NCBI RefSeq assembly: GCF_004010195.1
Contig: NC_057718.1
Span: 3,322,092-3,386,091 of the forward strand
Source: Chiloscyllium plagiosum
Lineage: Eukaryota
Reading direction: 5' to 3'
Length of the DNA: 64,000 bases
Part shown: positions 1 through 11,213 of the stretch, one piece after another
How positions within the stretch are numbered: the first letter of the stretch is position 1
Layout: each line of letters starts with the position of its first letter
Made by a program: the position numbers and the translations under genes
Notes under the pieces: model-generated
Seen by the model: the letters and a program-made list of their open reading frames with translations, nothing else
Told to the model about the DNA's origin: nothing
The model's database searches: none

Positions 1-905
1 CTGAATGGCCTACTCCTCCTCCGATTTTAAATGTTTCAGTAAGTTTGCAGCGGACACAAAATTGATGGAGTTGTGGATAGTGAGGAATGTTGTCAAAGGT
101 TACAGTGGGATTTTGATTGGTTGGGATGTTGGGTGGAGAAATGGCAAGTGTGAGGTGATACATTTTGGGAGGTCAAATGCAAGAAGAAAGAATAAATAAA
201 TGGCAAGACTCGTAGGAGTATTGATATCCAAAATAATCTTGGGATGCAAGTTCATAGCTCCCTGAAAGTGGCAACACAAGTGGATAAGATGGTAAAGAAG
301 GCAGATGGCATGCTTGGCTGCATTGGATGGTGCATTGAGGATGAAATTTGGCATGTCAATTTCCAGCTGTATAGCACTTTAGTTCAGCCATATTTGGGGT
401 ATTGTGTGACGTTCTAGTCACCACACTATTGGAAAGATGAGGAGACATTGGAGAGTGTGCAAAAGAGGAGTCTATAAGGAGAGGGTGGTCAAACTTGGAT
501 TGTTTTCATGAGAGAATCAGTGGCTGAGGGACAACCTTGTTGAAGTTTATAAAACTATGAGAGGCATGGTTACGATGGATAGTGAGAGTGTTTTTCTCAG
601 GGTGTAAATGTCAAATACAAGGGGACGTAGGTTTAAGGTGAAAGGGGTAAAATCTTTCAAGAAGATGTTGGAGTGAAGTTGATGACGCAGAAGGTGGTAG
701 GTGCCTGGACTGCACTGCCAGGGGAGGTGATAGAAATAGATTCAACAGCAGCACTTAAGAGGCATTGAGACAGACACATTTACAGGGAGGGAATAGAGAG
801 ATATGCACCATGGGTGGGCAGATGGGATTCATTTAGAATGGAATCATGATTGGCAGAGACTTGATGGGCTGAAGGGCCTGTTGCTGTGCTGGACTGTCCC
901 ATGTC
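1..905 (+). mobile_element. Decayed CR1 LINE 3' fragment(s)
   Basis: RT C-terminal remnants (SKFAADTK, KCEVIHFGRSN) and CR1-type tail gggctgaagggcctgttgctgtgctg. Confidence 0.8.
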
Positions 906-1499
906 CTATGTTGTTGAGAGCAGGATGCTGCACCAACTCCTCCATCATTTCCCCTCCCCCTACCACCCCCCCCCCCACCCAATGCCCACCAGCACTCCGA
1001 TGCCCCACCCTCCCCTACCCCTACCACCACTAATGAGACTGAAACACTGGACACTAATACCCTGTTTGTCAGCTGATCCTAGTGAACCATCCCCCATTAT
1101 CAGGGATGGACACTTTATTTATCTCAGTCAGTAATATTTCATATCGAGAAAACTATTTCTCAACAAACTCAGCAAAATATCAGAAATTTGATCCAAATCA
1201 CTGACTGCCTGTAAAAGGGAAAATGTGAGCATGGAGCCCCTCACATCATCAATGCTCCTTTCCAGGCCAACCAGCAGCACCACACAGAGTCCCTCTGTCC
1301 CCACAATCCAGACCAACCATCCAACTGCCTCTTGCCTCTTGCAAAGGGGAGCCAACTCCTGTCCACTCCCTGTTCCAGATCCTGGAATCCAGATTCACTC
1401 TCTGCCCCAACACTGAGACTCCACTGATCAGCATCACAACTGGGTGACTGTGCATATCACTGTCTCTACATGCACCTACTATCTCAGCTCAGTAAAAAC

Positions 1500-1705
1500 A
1501 ATGACTGCAGGTATTGGAAACCAGATACTGGATTAGTGGTGCTGGAAAAGCACAGCAGCCCAGGCAGCATCCGAGGAGCAGTAAAATCGACGTTTCGGGC
1601 AAACGCCCTTCATTAGGAAAGGCTTTTGTCCAAAACATCGATTTTACTGTTCCTTGGATGCTGCCTGAACTGCTGTGCTATTCCAGCACCACTAATCCAG
1701 AATAC
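1500..1705. repeat. Palindromic Penelope-terminus-derived element (about 85-bp arms)
   Basis: ctggattagtggtgctggaa...ttccagcaccactaatccag inverted arms, matching the 3' end of the Penelope element at 16300-16400. Confidence 0.75.
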
Positions 1706-2301
1706 TATCTTGGCTCTCCAATCCTTTGAGAAACATTGAGTCCACTTTCTGTTGGAAGGTCTCAGACACACATTGCAGCTCCTGGCGCTGCTCTCTCTGT
1801 GTCCCCCTCTGACTGTTCTGTTCATCAGCTTCCTCCCAGCACCAGTGGTTTCTCCTCCAGACTCTGATTATCTCTGTACTGTCCCCAGGGCCCCATTCCT
1901 GAGCACCTCATTATCATCATTTCACCCTCAGAAACCTGCTCAACATTTCCATCTCCCCCATCACTGCACAGTCCCTCCACCTCCTCCAAATTTCCCAAGA
2001 CTGTTTCCACTCTCTCCAAATGTCTGTCTAACATGAGGACACCATGAAGTTGAAACATCATCTTCAGCTCAGCAAACAGCCACACTCTACTAACCCACAC
2101 AGATATCTCCTGAGGCTAAAACCAGAGAGGGGCAATTTTGGGAAATTACTGAATCTGAGCTCAGCTTCCTCTCCATAGTGAATCCATTCCTGGGTTCACT
2201 CTAAAACAGTTCCTTAAACATCTTGATTAGAAACTTATCTTCAATTCATCCATTGGGCAAGAGGTTATTGCTGGAGAAATTGTCATGTAAATGTTACTTA
2301 C

Positions 2302-2646
2302 TGTTTAGAAAGAGCAGGCTTCCACTCCCATAGATCCCTCCCTGCACTGAGCAGTAATAGACCCCAGTGTCATTGGGCTGTACGTTTGTGATGGTCAGAA
2401 GGGCGCTGTTCCTTGAGGGGTCTCTGGAAAACCAGATTCGATTAGTGAGCTCTGGGCACCATTGTGTAGGATTCTTTTTTTCACATATGGATAACAGCTT
2501 CACGTGACTCCCTGGTTCTTGTCTGTACCAGTGAATATCAGTATGTGTCACTGTGGCGTTCCTCATGATGCACTCTAACTGGGCAGTGTGACCCTCAGTG
2601 ACACGTTCCACTATCAGAGACTGGAGAGGGACTGGACCAGATGCAC
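2302..2646 (-). CDS. Paralogous germline-joined VJ exon of a second receptor gene (downstream exons probably beyond the window start)
   Basis: On - strand tttttcccctaaag|GT GCA TCT GGT CCA...AAC A|gtaagt, 345 nt, phase 1/1. ...LECIMRNATVTHTDIHWYRQ...DTGVYYCSVQGGIYGSGSLLFLN. Confidence 0.92.
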
Positions 2647-4237
2647 CTTTAGGGGAAAAACATCAAGAATGTAAGAATCATTTCTCCAGGTTACAATGTC
2701 CTGCCAGTTGTTCAAAGGGAACAAGCTCTGTATTAAATACGGATCTGGTTAAAGATTAAATCAGTGAAGCTGGAGCAGATCAAACCAACCATGTTTATTT
2801 AATTAAATAACTTTCATAATTTTGGTGTAAATATTTAAAGAAGAGCGACAGGGTCAGTGTGTACAGCGATGTTGCCTGAAAAAAGGGCAGCTCCTGATAA
2901 CAGCTCCCAGCCTCAGGCTCTCCCCATCCCCTGTCCTGATCCCCTGTACCACCCCCTCCCACACCACCTGCCCCCACCAGAGGCTCCAAGTTCCTCACAT
3001 TTCCCAGTCTCTTCTCCCTGACCCCAGTCCTATCTGGTGACCCACTTATTGGTCAGAAACTGCAGCATCTTCTGGAAATATCCCTCATTCCCTCCCCATC
3101 CTTCTCACTGCTTTCCTTGGAATGATCACCTTTCCCTGAGTCTGACTCCTTACAATCCTCCCACTGCCATGTACACTGTTCCCTGAGTATTCACTGGGAC
3201 TGGGTATGCCTGTTACTGAGGATTCCTAATTACTAACCGATCCTGTGTCGCCATGTGCCCAAGAACTGCTCCCAGAACTAGAACCCAGTTTCTCAGATAC
3301 ATGTATCTTGCAACAGCTTCCAAAATGCCTGCCCCACACAATTCCACCATCCCTCTCTGGCCCAGGATGAATTTGTTATCATTTAAGAATAGAATGGCCC
3401 CCTGGTTGGATGAGCCATTTCAATCAAATCTCTTTTCAGCTTTTCCTTCTCCAAGGGGAACAGTCCCAATCACTTTGATTGGTGTTATTATGGTTCCAGT
3501 TGATGTTAGTATTGGACAAGTTTGATTCCAGACTGAAATCTGGTTTGGATTCTTTTTTGTATAAAACTAGTGGGTGTTTCACTGAAAAAGAAACACACAA
3601 TGCAGCAGACTTGGTTTCAACAGGAGGAAACGTTTTTTTGTGATTTTCATGAAGTGTTTTTTTTGTGTAAGTAGAACTGAAAAAGTATATAATGAACCAC
3701 GCTATATACATAAAACACTATTTTAAAGACTGAGAAACACACAATAAAATACAATACTTTACAGATCCCAATAGGACCTCTTTGCATAACACAGACATTA
3801 GAGAGAGTACCCTTCTCTATCAAACCTATACGGGTTGACAAAACTCCAAGAACTGTCTCTGTCAGATATTTTTGTTAAAAGAAATCATAACTTCAGAAAT
3901 ATTGATAGTTTGATCTTTAAATCCCACCATTGATGTAAATCTACTTTACACCATTTCAAAATCCAAATTCAAAACTAAATAATATCAAAATCACAGAGAA
4001 ACCACACATCTCACATGACAGCATTTGGAATCTAATGTGGGGAATGCACTCGTAATTGAGTCCCAATTAACCAAGAGCCGTACTAAATGCGTTACTGAAT
4101 CAACAATACAGCCAATTTGTCTCTCTTCTGTATTCTGATCCAAAGTTTAAAAGCAAAGCAGTTTAATTAATGATCTCAAAAATTATTTATTTGTTATGAT
4201 CAAGACTGATGATTTAACAAGCAGAAAGTATGAAGAG

Positions 4238-5323
4238 TTTTACGACACAGTGATGAACCCCTCTGTTAATTAAACTAAATTCCCAGAAAAGTTCATCTTA
4301 ATCTGTTAAAATATGAGTGACAGAAAACTCCCAAATTCCAGTATTCAAAGAAAATAAAATCAATATATTCTTTAATCTAAAAGTGAACATTAAATCGTAA
4401 CTATTCACAACTCTCTGCTCCCCTTTCTCTTAACTGCTTATTTTCTGCCTCCAACTCTGTATCAATATTCTGTTCCAATAAGACACTTATTAAAATTACA
4501 TCAACTTAATTTCAAAATCATACAGCCACTGTCATTGTTGGTATCTGTCTTCTTTTTTTTTAGATTAGATTACTTACAGTGTGGAAACAGGCCCTTCGGC
4601 CCAACAAGTCCACACCGACCCGCCGAAGCGCAACCCACCCATACCCCTACATTTACCCCTTACCTAACACTACGGGCAATTTAGCATGGCAAATTCACCT
4701 GACCTGCACATCTTTGGACTGTGGGAGGAAACCGGAGCACCCGGAGGAAACCCACGCAGACACGGGGAGAACGTGCAAACTCCACACAGTCAGTCGCCTG
4801 AGGCGGGAATTGAACCCGGGTCTCTGACGCTGCGAGGCAGCAGTGCTAACCACTGTACCACGGTGCCGCCCACACGGCTAAAGATCTACCTGAGTCACCT
4901 TCTTTCTTTTTACTACAAATATGTTTCATATGAAAAGGTAACTTTGATAGAGAGTGTTTCCAAACTTCTTTGCTCTCTCTCAATGGCAGTTGCTCTGTCT
5001 CTAATTTTCAAAATGTCTGCATTTTTATATCCCTAATATCAGATCATTTCATTGGTTCGATGTTGGCAAAACAATAAATTCAAACTCGATTTGGTTTTAG
5101 AATTCTGCGGCATAGTTTAAACTGATAGATTAAATTTGAATTGTTGTCAAAACAGCAACCAACTCAGGTATCCATTTCACAGCTAAATGTTACATATTTA
5201 CAATGCTCCAGTAGACTGTGAGATTGCCATCTAGTCACATCACACAGGTGCTCGTGAGGTGTCAGTTCAGAACATCATTCACTCTCTCTTAAGGTTACAG
5301 TGTATGCCTTCAACTTCATAACA
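4238..5323. mobile_element. Solo LTR (interrupted by a SINE), related to 63178-63842
   Basis: Shares start ttacgaca...aacccctctgtt and end ctctcttaa...tcataaca with 63178-63842. Confidence 0.55.
4551..4873 (-). mobile_element. tRNA-derived shark SINE (HE1/V-SINE type) with CR1-like tail
   Basis: On - strand: ggcaccgtggtacagtggttagcactgctgcctc (A box)...gacccgggttcaattccc (B box), core tgtggagtttgcacgttctccccgtgtctgcgtgggtttcctccggg, tail gggccgaagggcctgtttcc...aatctaatcta(A)n. Confidence 0.88.
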
Positions 5324-6059
5324 TTAGCAACTACATTTCTAGCTGGGATAAAACCATATCCCATTAATCTCAAACATACACTCATTTACAGACAATCAAC
5401 ACAGCTCTGCAGAATTGGTTCATTCTGTTTTTAAATAAAGCTAAAAGAGCAACCATGCTGGAGGTCTAGGAACTCACATCAGGTGGTAGAATGTGCTGGC
5501 TTCTCAGAGTTCCTTCAATTTATTGTCAATGAGGATGATTCCTGGAAGTTATATATTGATGGGAGATCTTCTGACCATATTTCAAATTCTGATGGGAAAT
5601 AGTTTGAAATCCTGACATTGAAAACATTGTATTTTTCCTTGTCTTTTACTGACTGAGAGGAAGAAATCGTGTAGCTGATCCTGCTTAAAGATTTCTTTTC
5701 TTTTTATCAGAACTAATGGATTTTTATTTTCACTGTTTTCAGTCAGTTTGACAATTTTGCTTCGCTGCTCTCCTTTTGATCTGTGAAGACACATAGTTAC
5801 CTGAACCCAGAAACTGTTACTGAGCTGTATTTAAATACAGTCAGTCCAGCAACTTAATGATAAAACCCACTTCTTACCAGTTCTTAATATCATTGATTCA
5901 TTCAAAATTAATTTGAATTTTGCAAACCACAGCAGATTTTGATTTTTCTTATCCAAGTGATCATGTGGTAAATTATCTTTATGTGTCCGGCAGTCGTTCA
6001 GTTGCCTTTGTATCCACTGGCTGTCCATTCCCTGCAGGTAGCTCTCTGACCTGTGAACC

Positions 6060-6592
6060 AGCTGTGTCATTAGATAAAAGAGGTGGAGGGGTGGCATTGC
6101 TAATCAGGGAGAGTATCACCGCTGCACTCTCCCTGGGTAGCTGGGTAACAGTTAGAGGTGGGAAGGGGAGGAAGCAAGCAGTGCAGGGATTCCCTGTGGT
6201 CGTTCCCCTAAACAATAAGTATACCGCTTTGGATACTGTTGGGGGGGACGGCCTAGCAGGGGTAAGCTGCAGTGACCGGGTCTGTGGCACAGGGTCTGGC
6301 TCTGAGACTCAGAATGTAAAGGGGGAGAGGTGGAGAGCGCTAGTTATAGGAGACTCTCTAGTTAGAGGGATGGACAGGCGGTTCTGTGGACATGGGCGAG
6401 ACTCTCGGATGGTTTGTTGCCTCCCGGGTGCCAGGGTCCGAGACGTCTCGGACCGTGTCTTCAGAATCCTTAAGGGGAGGGTGTGCAGCCAGAAGTCGTG
6501 GTGCACGTTGGCACCAAAGACATAGGTAGGAAGAGGGTTGGGGAGGTCATTCAGGAGCTCAGGGAGTTAGGCTGGAAGCTAAAAGCTAGGAC
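6060..6592 (+). mobile_element. CR1 LINE ORF1 fragment (SGNH/GDSL esterase domain)
   Basis: ALVIGDSLVRGMDRRFCG...CCLPGARVRDV...VVVHVGTKDIG; runs into the N gap. Confidence 0.8.
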
Positions 6593-7541
6593 NNNNNNNN
6601 NNNNNNNNNNNNNNNNNNNNNNNNNNNNNNNNNNNNNNNNNNNNNNNNNNNNNNNNNNNNNNNNNNNNNNNNNNNNNNNNNNNNNNNNNNNNNNNNNNNN
6701 NNNNNNNNNNNNNNNNNNNNNNNNNNNNNNNNNNNNNNNNNNNNNNNNNNNNNNNNNNNNNNNNNNNNNNNNNNNNNNNNNNNNNNNNNNNNNNNNNNNN
6801 NNNNNNNNNNNNNNNNNNNNNNNNNNNNNNNNNNNNNNNNNNNNNNNNNNNNNNNNNNNNNNNNNNNNNNNNNNNNNNNNNNNNNNNNNNNNNNNNNNNN
6901 NNNNNNNNNNNNNNNNNNNNNNNNNNNNNNNNNNNNNNNNNNNNNNNNNNNNNNNNNNNNNNNNNNNNNNNNNNNNNNNNNNNNNNNNNNNNNNNNNNNN
7001 NNNNNNNNNNNNNNNNNNNNNNNNNNNNNNNNNNNNNNNNNNNNNNNNNNNNNNNNNNNNNNNNNNNNNNNNNNNNNNNNNNNNNNNNNNNNNNNNNNNN
7101 NNNNNNNNNNNNNNNNNNNNNNNNNNNNNNNNNNNNNNNNNNNNNNNNNNNNNNNNNNNNNNNNNNNNNNNNNNNNNNNNNNNNNNNNNNNNNNNNNNNN
7201 NNNNNNNNNNNNNNNNNNNNNNNNNNNNNNNNNNNNNNNNNNNNNNNNNNNNNNNNNNNNNNNNNNNNNNNNNNNNNNNNNNNNNNNNNNNNNNNNNNNN
7301 NNNNNNNNNNNNNNNNNNNNNNNNNNNNNNNNNNNNNNNNNNNNNNNNNNNNNNNNNNNNNNNNNNNNNNNNNNNNNNNNNNNNNNNNNNNNNNNNNNNN
7401 NNNNNNNNNNNNNNNNNNNNNNNNNNNNNNNNNNNNNNNNNNNNNNNNNNNNNNNNNNNNNNNNNNNNNNNNNNNNNNNNNNNNNNNNNNNNNNNNNNNN
7501 NNNNNNNNNNNNNNNNNNNNNNNNNNNNNNNNNNNNNNNNN
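6593..7541. other. Assembly gap (others at 21454-21953, 31780-32100, 32519-32521)
   Basis: Runs of N. Confidence 1.
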
Positions 7542-9920
7542 GGGGGATGTCAGGGGTAGGTTTTTTACCCAGAGAGTGGTGGGGGCATGGAATGCGCTGC
7601 CTGTGGTAGTGGTAGAGTCAGAATCTTTGGTGACCTTTAAGCGGCAATTGGATAGGTACATGGATGGGTGCTTAAGCTAGGACAAATGTTCGGCACAACA
7701 TCGTGGCCGAAGGGCCTGTTCTGTGCTGGATTGTTCTATATTCTATGCACAAAGGTGAGTTGTCGAGGAGGGTTTGTCTAATGCGTTACTATGGTTGGGA
7801 GTCAGAAACAAGAAAGGAGCAGTCACTTTATTAGGAATTTTCTACAGCAACTGAGACATGGAGGAGCAGGTTGAGAAGTAGGTACAGAAGTAACAGGGAT
7901 ATTGTCATTGGTAACTTTAAATTCTCTAATATTGATTGGAACCTTGTTAGTTCAAATAGATTGGATGGAACAGTTTTTGCCAGGTGTGTCCAGGAAGGGT
8001 TCCCTGACACAATATGCAGATAGGCTGACGAGAAGAGGGGCCATATTCGATTTGGTGCGTGGTAACGAACCATGCCAAGTTTCAGATCTCTCAGTGGGAG
8101 AGCGTTTCAGTGATAGTGAACACAACTCCATGACCTTTACTATGGTCATGGAGAGAGATAAATGCACATGGTATGGGAAAGCACTGAACTAGGGGAAGGA
8201 GGAAATTACAATGCTATCAGACAGGATCTGGTGCACCTAAATTGGGAACAGATATTCTCATGGAAATGCATGGCAGCAGTGTGGATGTTGTCCAAAAGTA
8301 ATTGCTGTGAGTTCTGGTCAGGTTTGTCCCACTGAGGCAAGGAAGGGATATGAGGGTGAAACAACCTTGGGTGACGTTGGATGTAAAACATCTAGTCAAG
8401 ACGAAGAAGGAAACTTACTTAAAGTTGAGGAGGCAAGGATCAGGTAGGTCTTTACAGGGTTACAAGGTAACCAAAAAGGAACTGAAGAATGGCCTTAGGA
8501 GAGCTAGAAGTGGACATGCAAATCTCCAATGGATCGGATTAAGGAAAACCCTAAGGTGTTCCAGACTTTTGTGAGGCACAAAAGGATGGCCAGTGTGAGG
8601 GTAGGGCCAATTAGGGATAGTGGAGGGAACTCGCACCTGGAGTCAGAGGAGGTAGCATAGGTCCTCAATGAAAACTTTACTTCAGTATTCACTACTGCGA
8701 GACCAAAACATTTCTGAGGATAGCATGAAACAGACTGATAAGCTGGGAAAGGTTGATGTTAGGAAGGGGGATATGCTGAAAATTTTCAGCTACATTAAGG
8801 TTAGATACATTCCCTGGGCAAGACAGGATAAACCCTAGGTTACTATTGGAAGCGAGGGAAGAGATTGCTGTGCCTTTGGCAATAATCTTTTGCATCCTCA
8901 CTATTCACTGGAGTAGATGATTAGAGGATGGCAAATGTTATTCCCTTGTTCAAGAAAGGGAATCGGGATGATGCTGGGAATTACAAGTCAGTTAGTCTTA
9001 CGGCTTTAGTGGTGAGAGTGTCAGAGAGGATTCTGAGAGACAGGAGTTATGATTATTTTAAGTAGCATAGTTTGATCAGAGATCGTCAGTATGGCTTTGT
9101 GAAGGGCAGGTCTTGTCTCACAAACCTTACTGAATTCAATAAGCAAGTGACAAAACACGTTGATGAAGTTGGAGCCGTAGATGTGGTGTACGTGGATTTT
9201 TAGCAGGCCATTTGATAAGTTTCCACATGGGAGGTTCATTCAGAATATAAGGAGGCATGGGATACAGGGAAATCTGGCTACCTGGATCCAGAACTGGTTT
9301 GCCCACAGAAGACAGATGGTGCTGGTAGATGGAAAGTGTTCACTCGAGAACTTGGTGAGCAGTGGTGTTCAACAAAGATCAGTTCTGGGATCTCTGCTCT
9401 TTGTAAGTTTTATAAAGGACTTGGATGAGGAAATGGAAGGATGGGTTAATAGGTTTACTCATGACACGAAGGTTAGTGAAGTGATGAATAGTGTGGAGTG
9501 CTGTTGTCGGTTGTAATGGGACATGATGCAGAACTGGACTGATAAGTGGCAGATGGAGTTCAACCTGGAAAAGTATGAAGTGGTTTGTTTTGGAAGGTTG
9601 AATTTGAATGCAGATTATAGAGTAAAAGGCAGGATTCTTGGCAGCATGGAAGAACAGAGGGATCTTGGGGTCTATATTCATAGATCCGTCAAAATTGCCA
9701 CCCAAGTTGATTGGGTGTTTAAGAAGATGTATGATGTGTTGGCTTTTATGAGCAGGGGGATTAAGTTTAAGAGCTGCAAGGTTATGGTGCAGCTCAATGG
9801 ATTCCTGGTTAGACCATACTTGGAATATTGTGTTCAGTTCTGATCATCTCATTATAGGAAAGATATGGAAGCTTAAGACAGGGTGCACAGGAGATTTACC
9901 AGGATGCTGCTTGAACTGGA
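7542..9920 (+). mobile_element. CR1 LINE fragments (a 3' tail followed by a decayed EN-RT ORF2)
   Basis: Endonuclease remnants (GAIFDLV, SDSEHN) and RT remnants (FDKFPHGR, SGVQQRSVLG, VRPYLEYCVQF) with many stops. Confidence 0.85.
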
Positions 9921-9929
9921 GAATGCTGT

Positions 9930-10229
9930 AGGTAGGTACTAAGGAAGGATATGTAGTTGTGGTAGCGGGTAGGCAGGAGCTAAGGAAGGACACATGTTTG
10001 TGGTAGCGAGTAGGCAGGAGCTAAGGAAGGACATGTGGTTGTGGTAGTGAGTAGGCAGGTGCTAAGGAAGGACATGTGGTTGTGGTAGTGAGTAGGCAGG
10101 AGCTAAGGAAGGACATGTGGTTGTGGTAGTGAGTAGGCAGGTGCTAAGGAAGGACATGTGGTTGTGGTAGCGAGTAGGCAGGAGCTAAGGAAGGACATGT
10201 GGTTGTGGTAGCGAGTAGGCAGGAGCTAA
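9930..10229 (+). repeat. 41-bp minisatellite, about 7 copies
   Basis: Unit ctaaggaaggacatgtggttgtggtag(c/t)gagtaggcagg(a/t)g starting at 9939, 9980, 10021, 10062, 10103, 10144 and 10185. Confidence 0.95.
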
Positions 10230-11213
10230 CGTGGCCGAAGGGCCTGTTCTGTGCTGGATTGTTCTATATTCTATGCACAAAGGTGAGTTGTCGAGGAGGG
10301 TTTGTCTAATGCGTTACTATGGTTGGGAGTCAGAAACAAGAAAGGAGCAGTCACTTTATTAGGAATTTTCTACAGCAACTGAGACATGGAGGAGCAGGTT
10401 GAGAAGTAGGTACAGAAGTAACAGGGATATTGTCATTGGTAACTTTAAATTCTCTAATATTGATTGGAACCTTGTTAGTTCAAATAGATTGGATGGAACA
10501 GTTTTTGCCAGGTGTGTCCAGGAAGGGTTCCCTGACACAATATGCAGATAGGCTGACGAGAAGAGGGGCCATATTCGATTTGGTGCGTGGTAACGAACCA
10601 TGCCAAGTTTCAGATCTCTCAGTGGGAGAGCGTTTCAGTGATAGTGAACACAACTCCATGACCTTTACTATGGTCATGGAGAGAGATAAATGCACATGGT
10701 ATGGGAAAGCACTGAACTAGGGGAAGGAGGAAATTACAATGCTATCAGACAGGATCTGGTGCACCTAAATTGGGAACAGATATTCTCATGGAAATGCATG
10801 GCAGCAGTGTGGATGTTGTCCAAAAGTAATTGCTGTGAGTTCTGGTCAGGTTTGTCCCACTGAGGCAAGGAAGGGATATGAGGGTGAAACAACCTTGGGT
10901 GACGTTGGATGTAAAACATCTAGTCAAGACGAAGAAGGAAACTTACTTAAAGTTGAGGAGGCAAGGATCAGGTTGGTCTTTACAGGGTTACAAGGTAACC
11001 AAAAAGGAACTGAAGAATGGCCTTAGGAGAGCTAGAAGTGGACATGCAAATCTCCAATGGATCGGATTAAGGAAAACCCTAAGGTGTTCCAGACTTTTGT
11101 GAGGCACAAAAGGATGGCCAGAGTGAGGGTAGGGCCAATTAGGGATAGTGGAGGGAACTCGCACCTGGAGTCAGAGGAGGTAGCATAGGTCCTCAATGAA
11201 AACTTTACTTCAG
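10230..11213 (+). repeat. Near-identical direct copy of 7702-8685 (CR1 segment)
   Basis: Constant offset of 2528 nt; identical ORF translations apart from about 2 substitutions seen. Confidence 0.93.

Noticed and set aside
6483-7661. Long ORFs in the track spanning poly-X (also 21224-22096 and 31490-32137)
   Set aside because: Artefacts of translating N gaps.
9930-10229. CRISPR-like array
   Set aside because: Contiguous tandem units without unique spacers, in eukaryotic DNA; a minisatellite.
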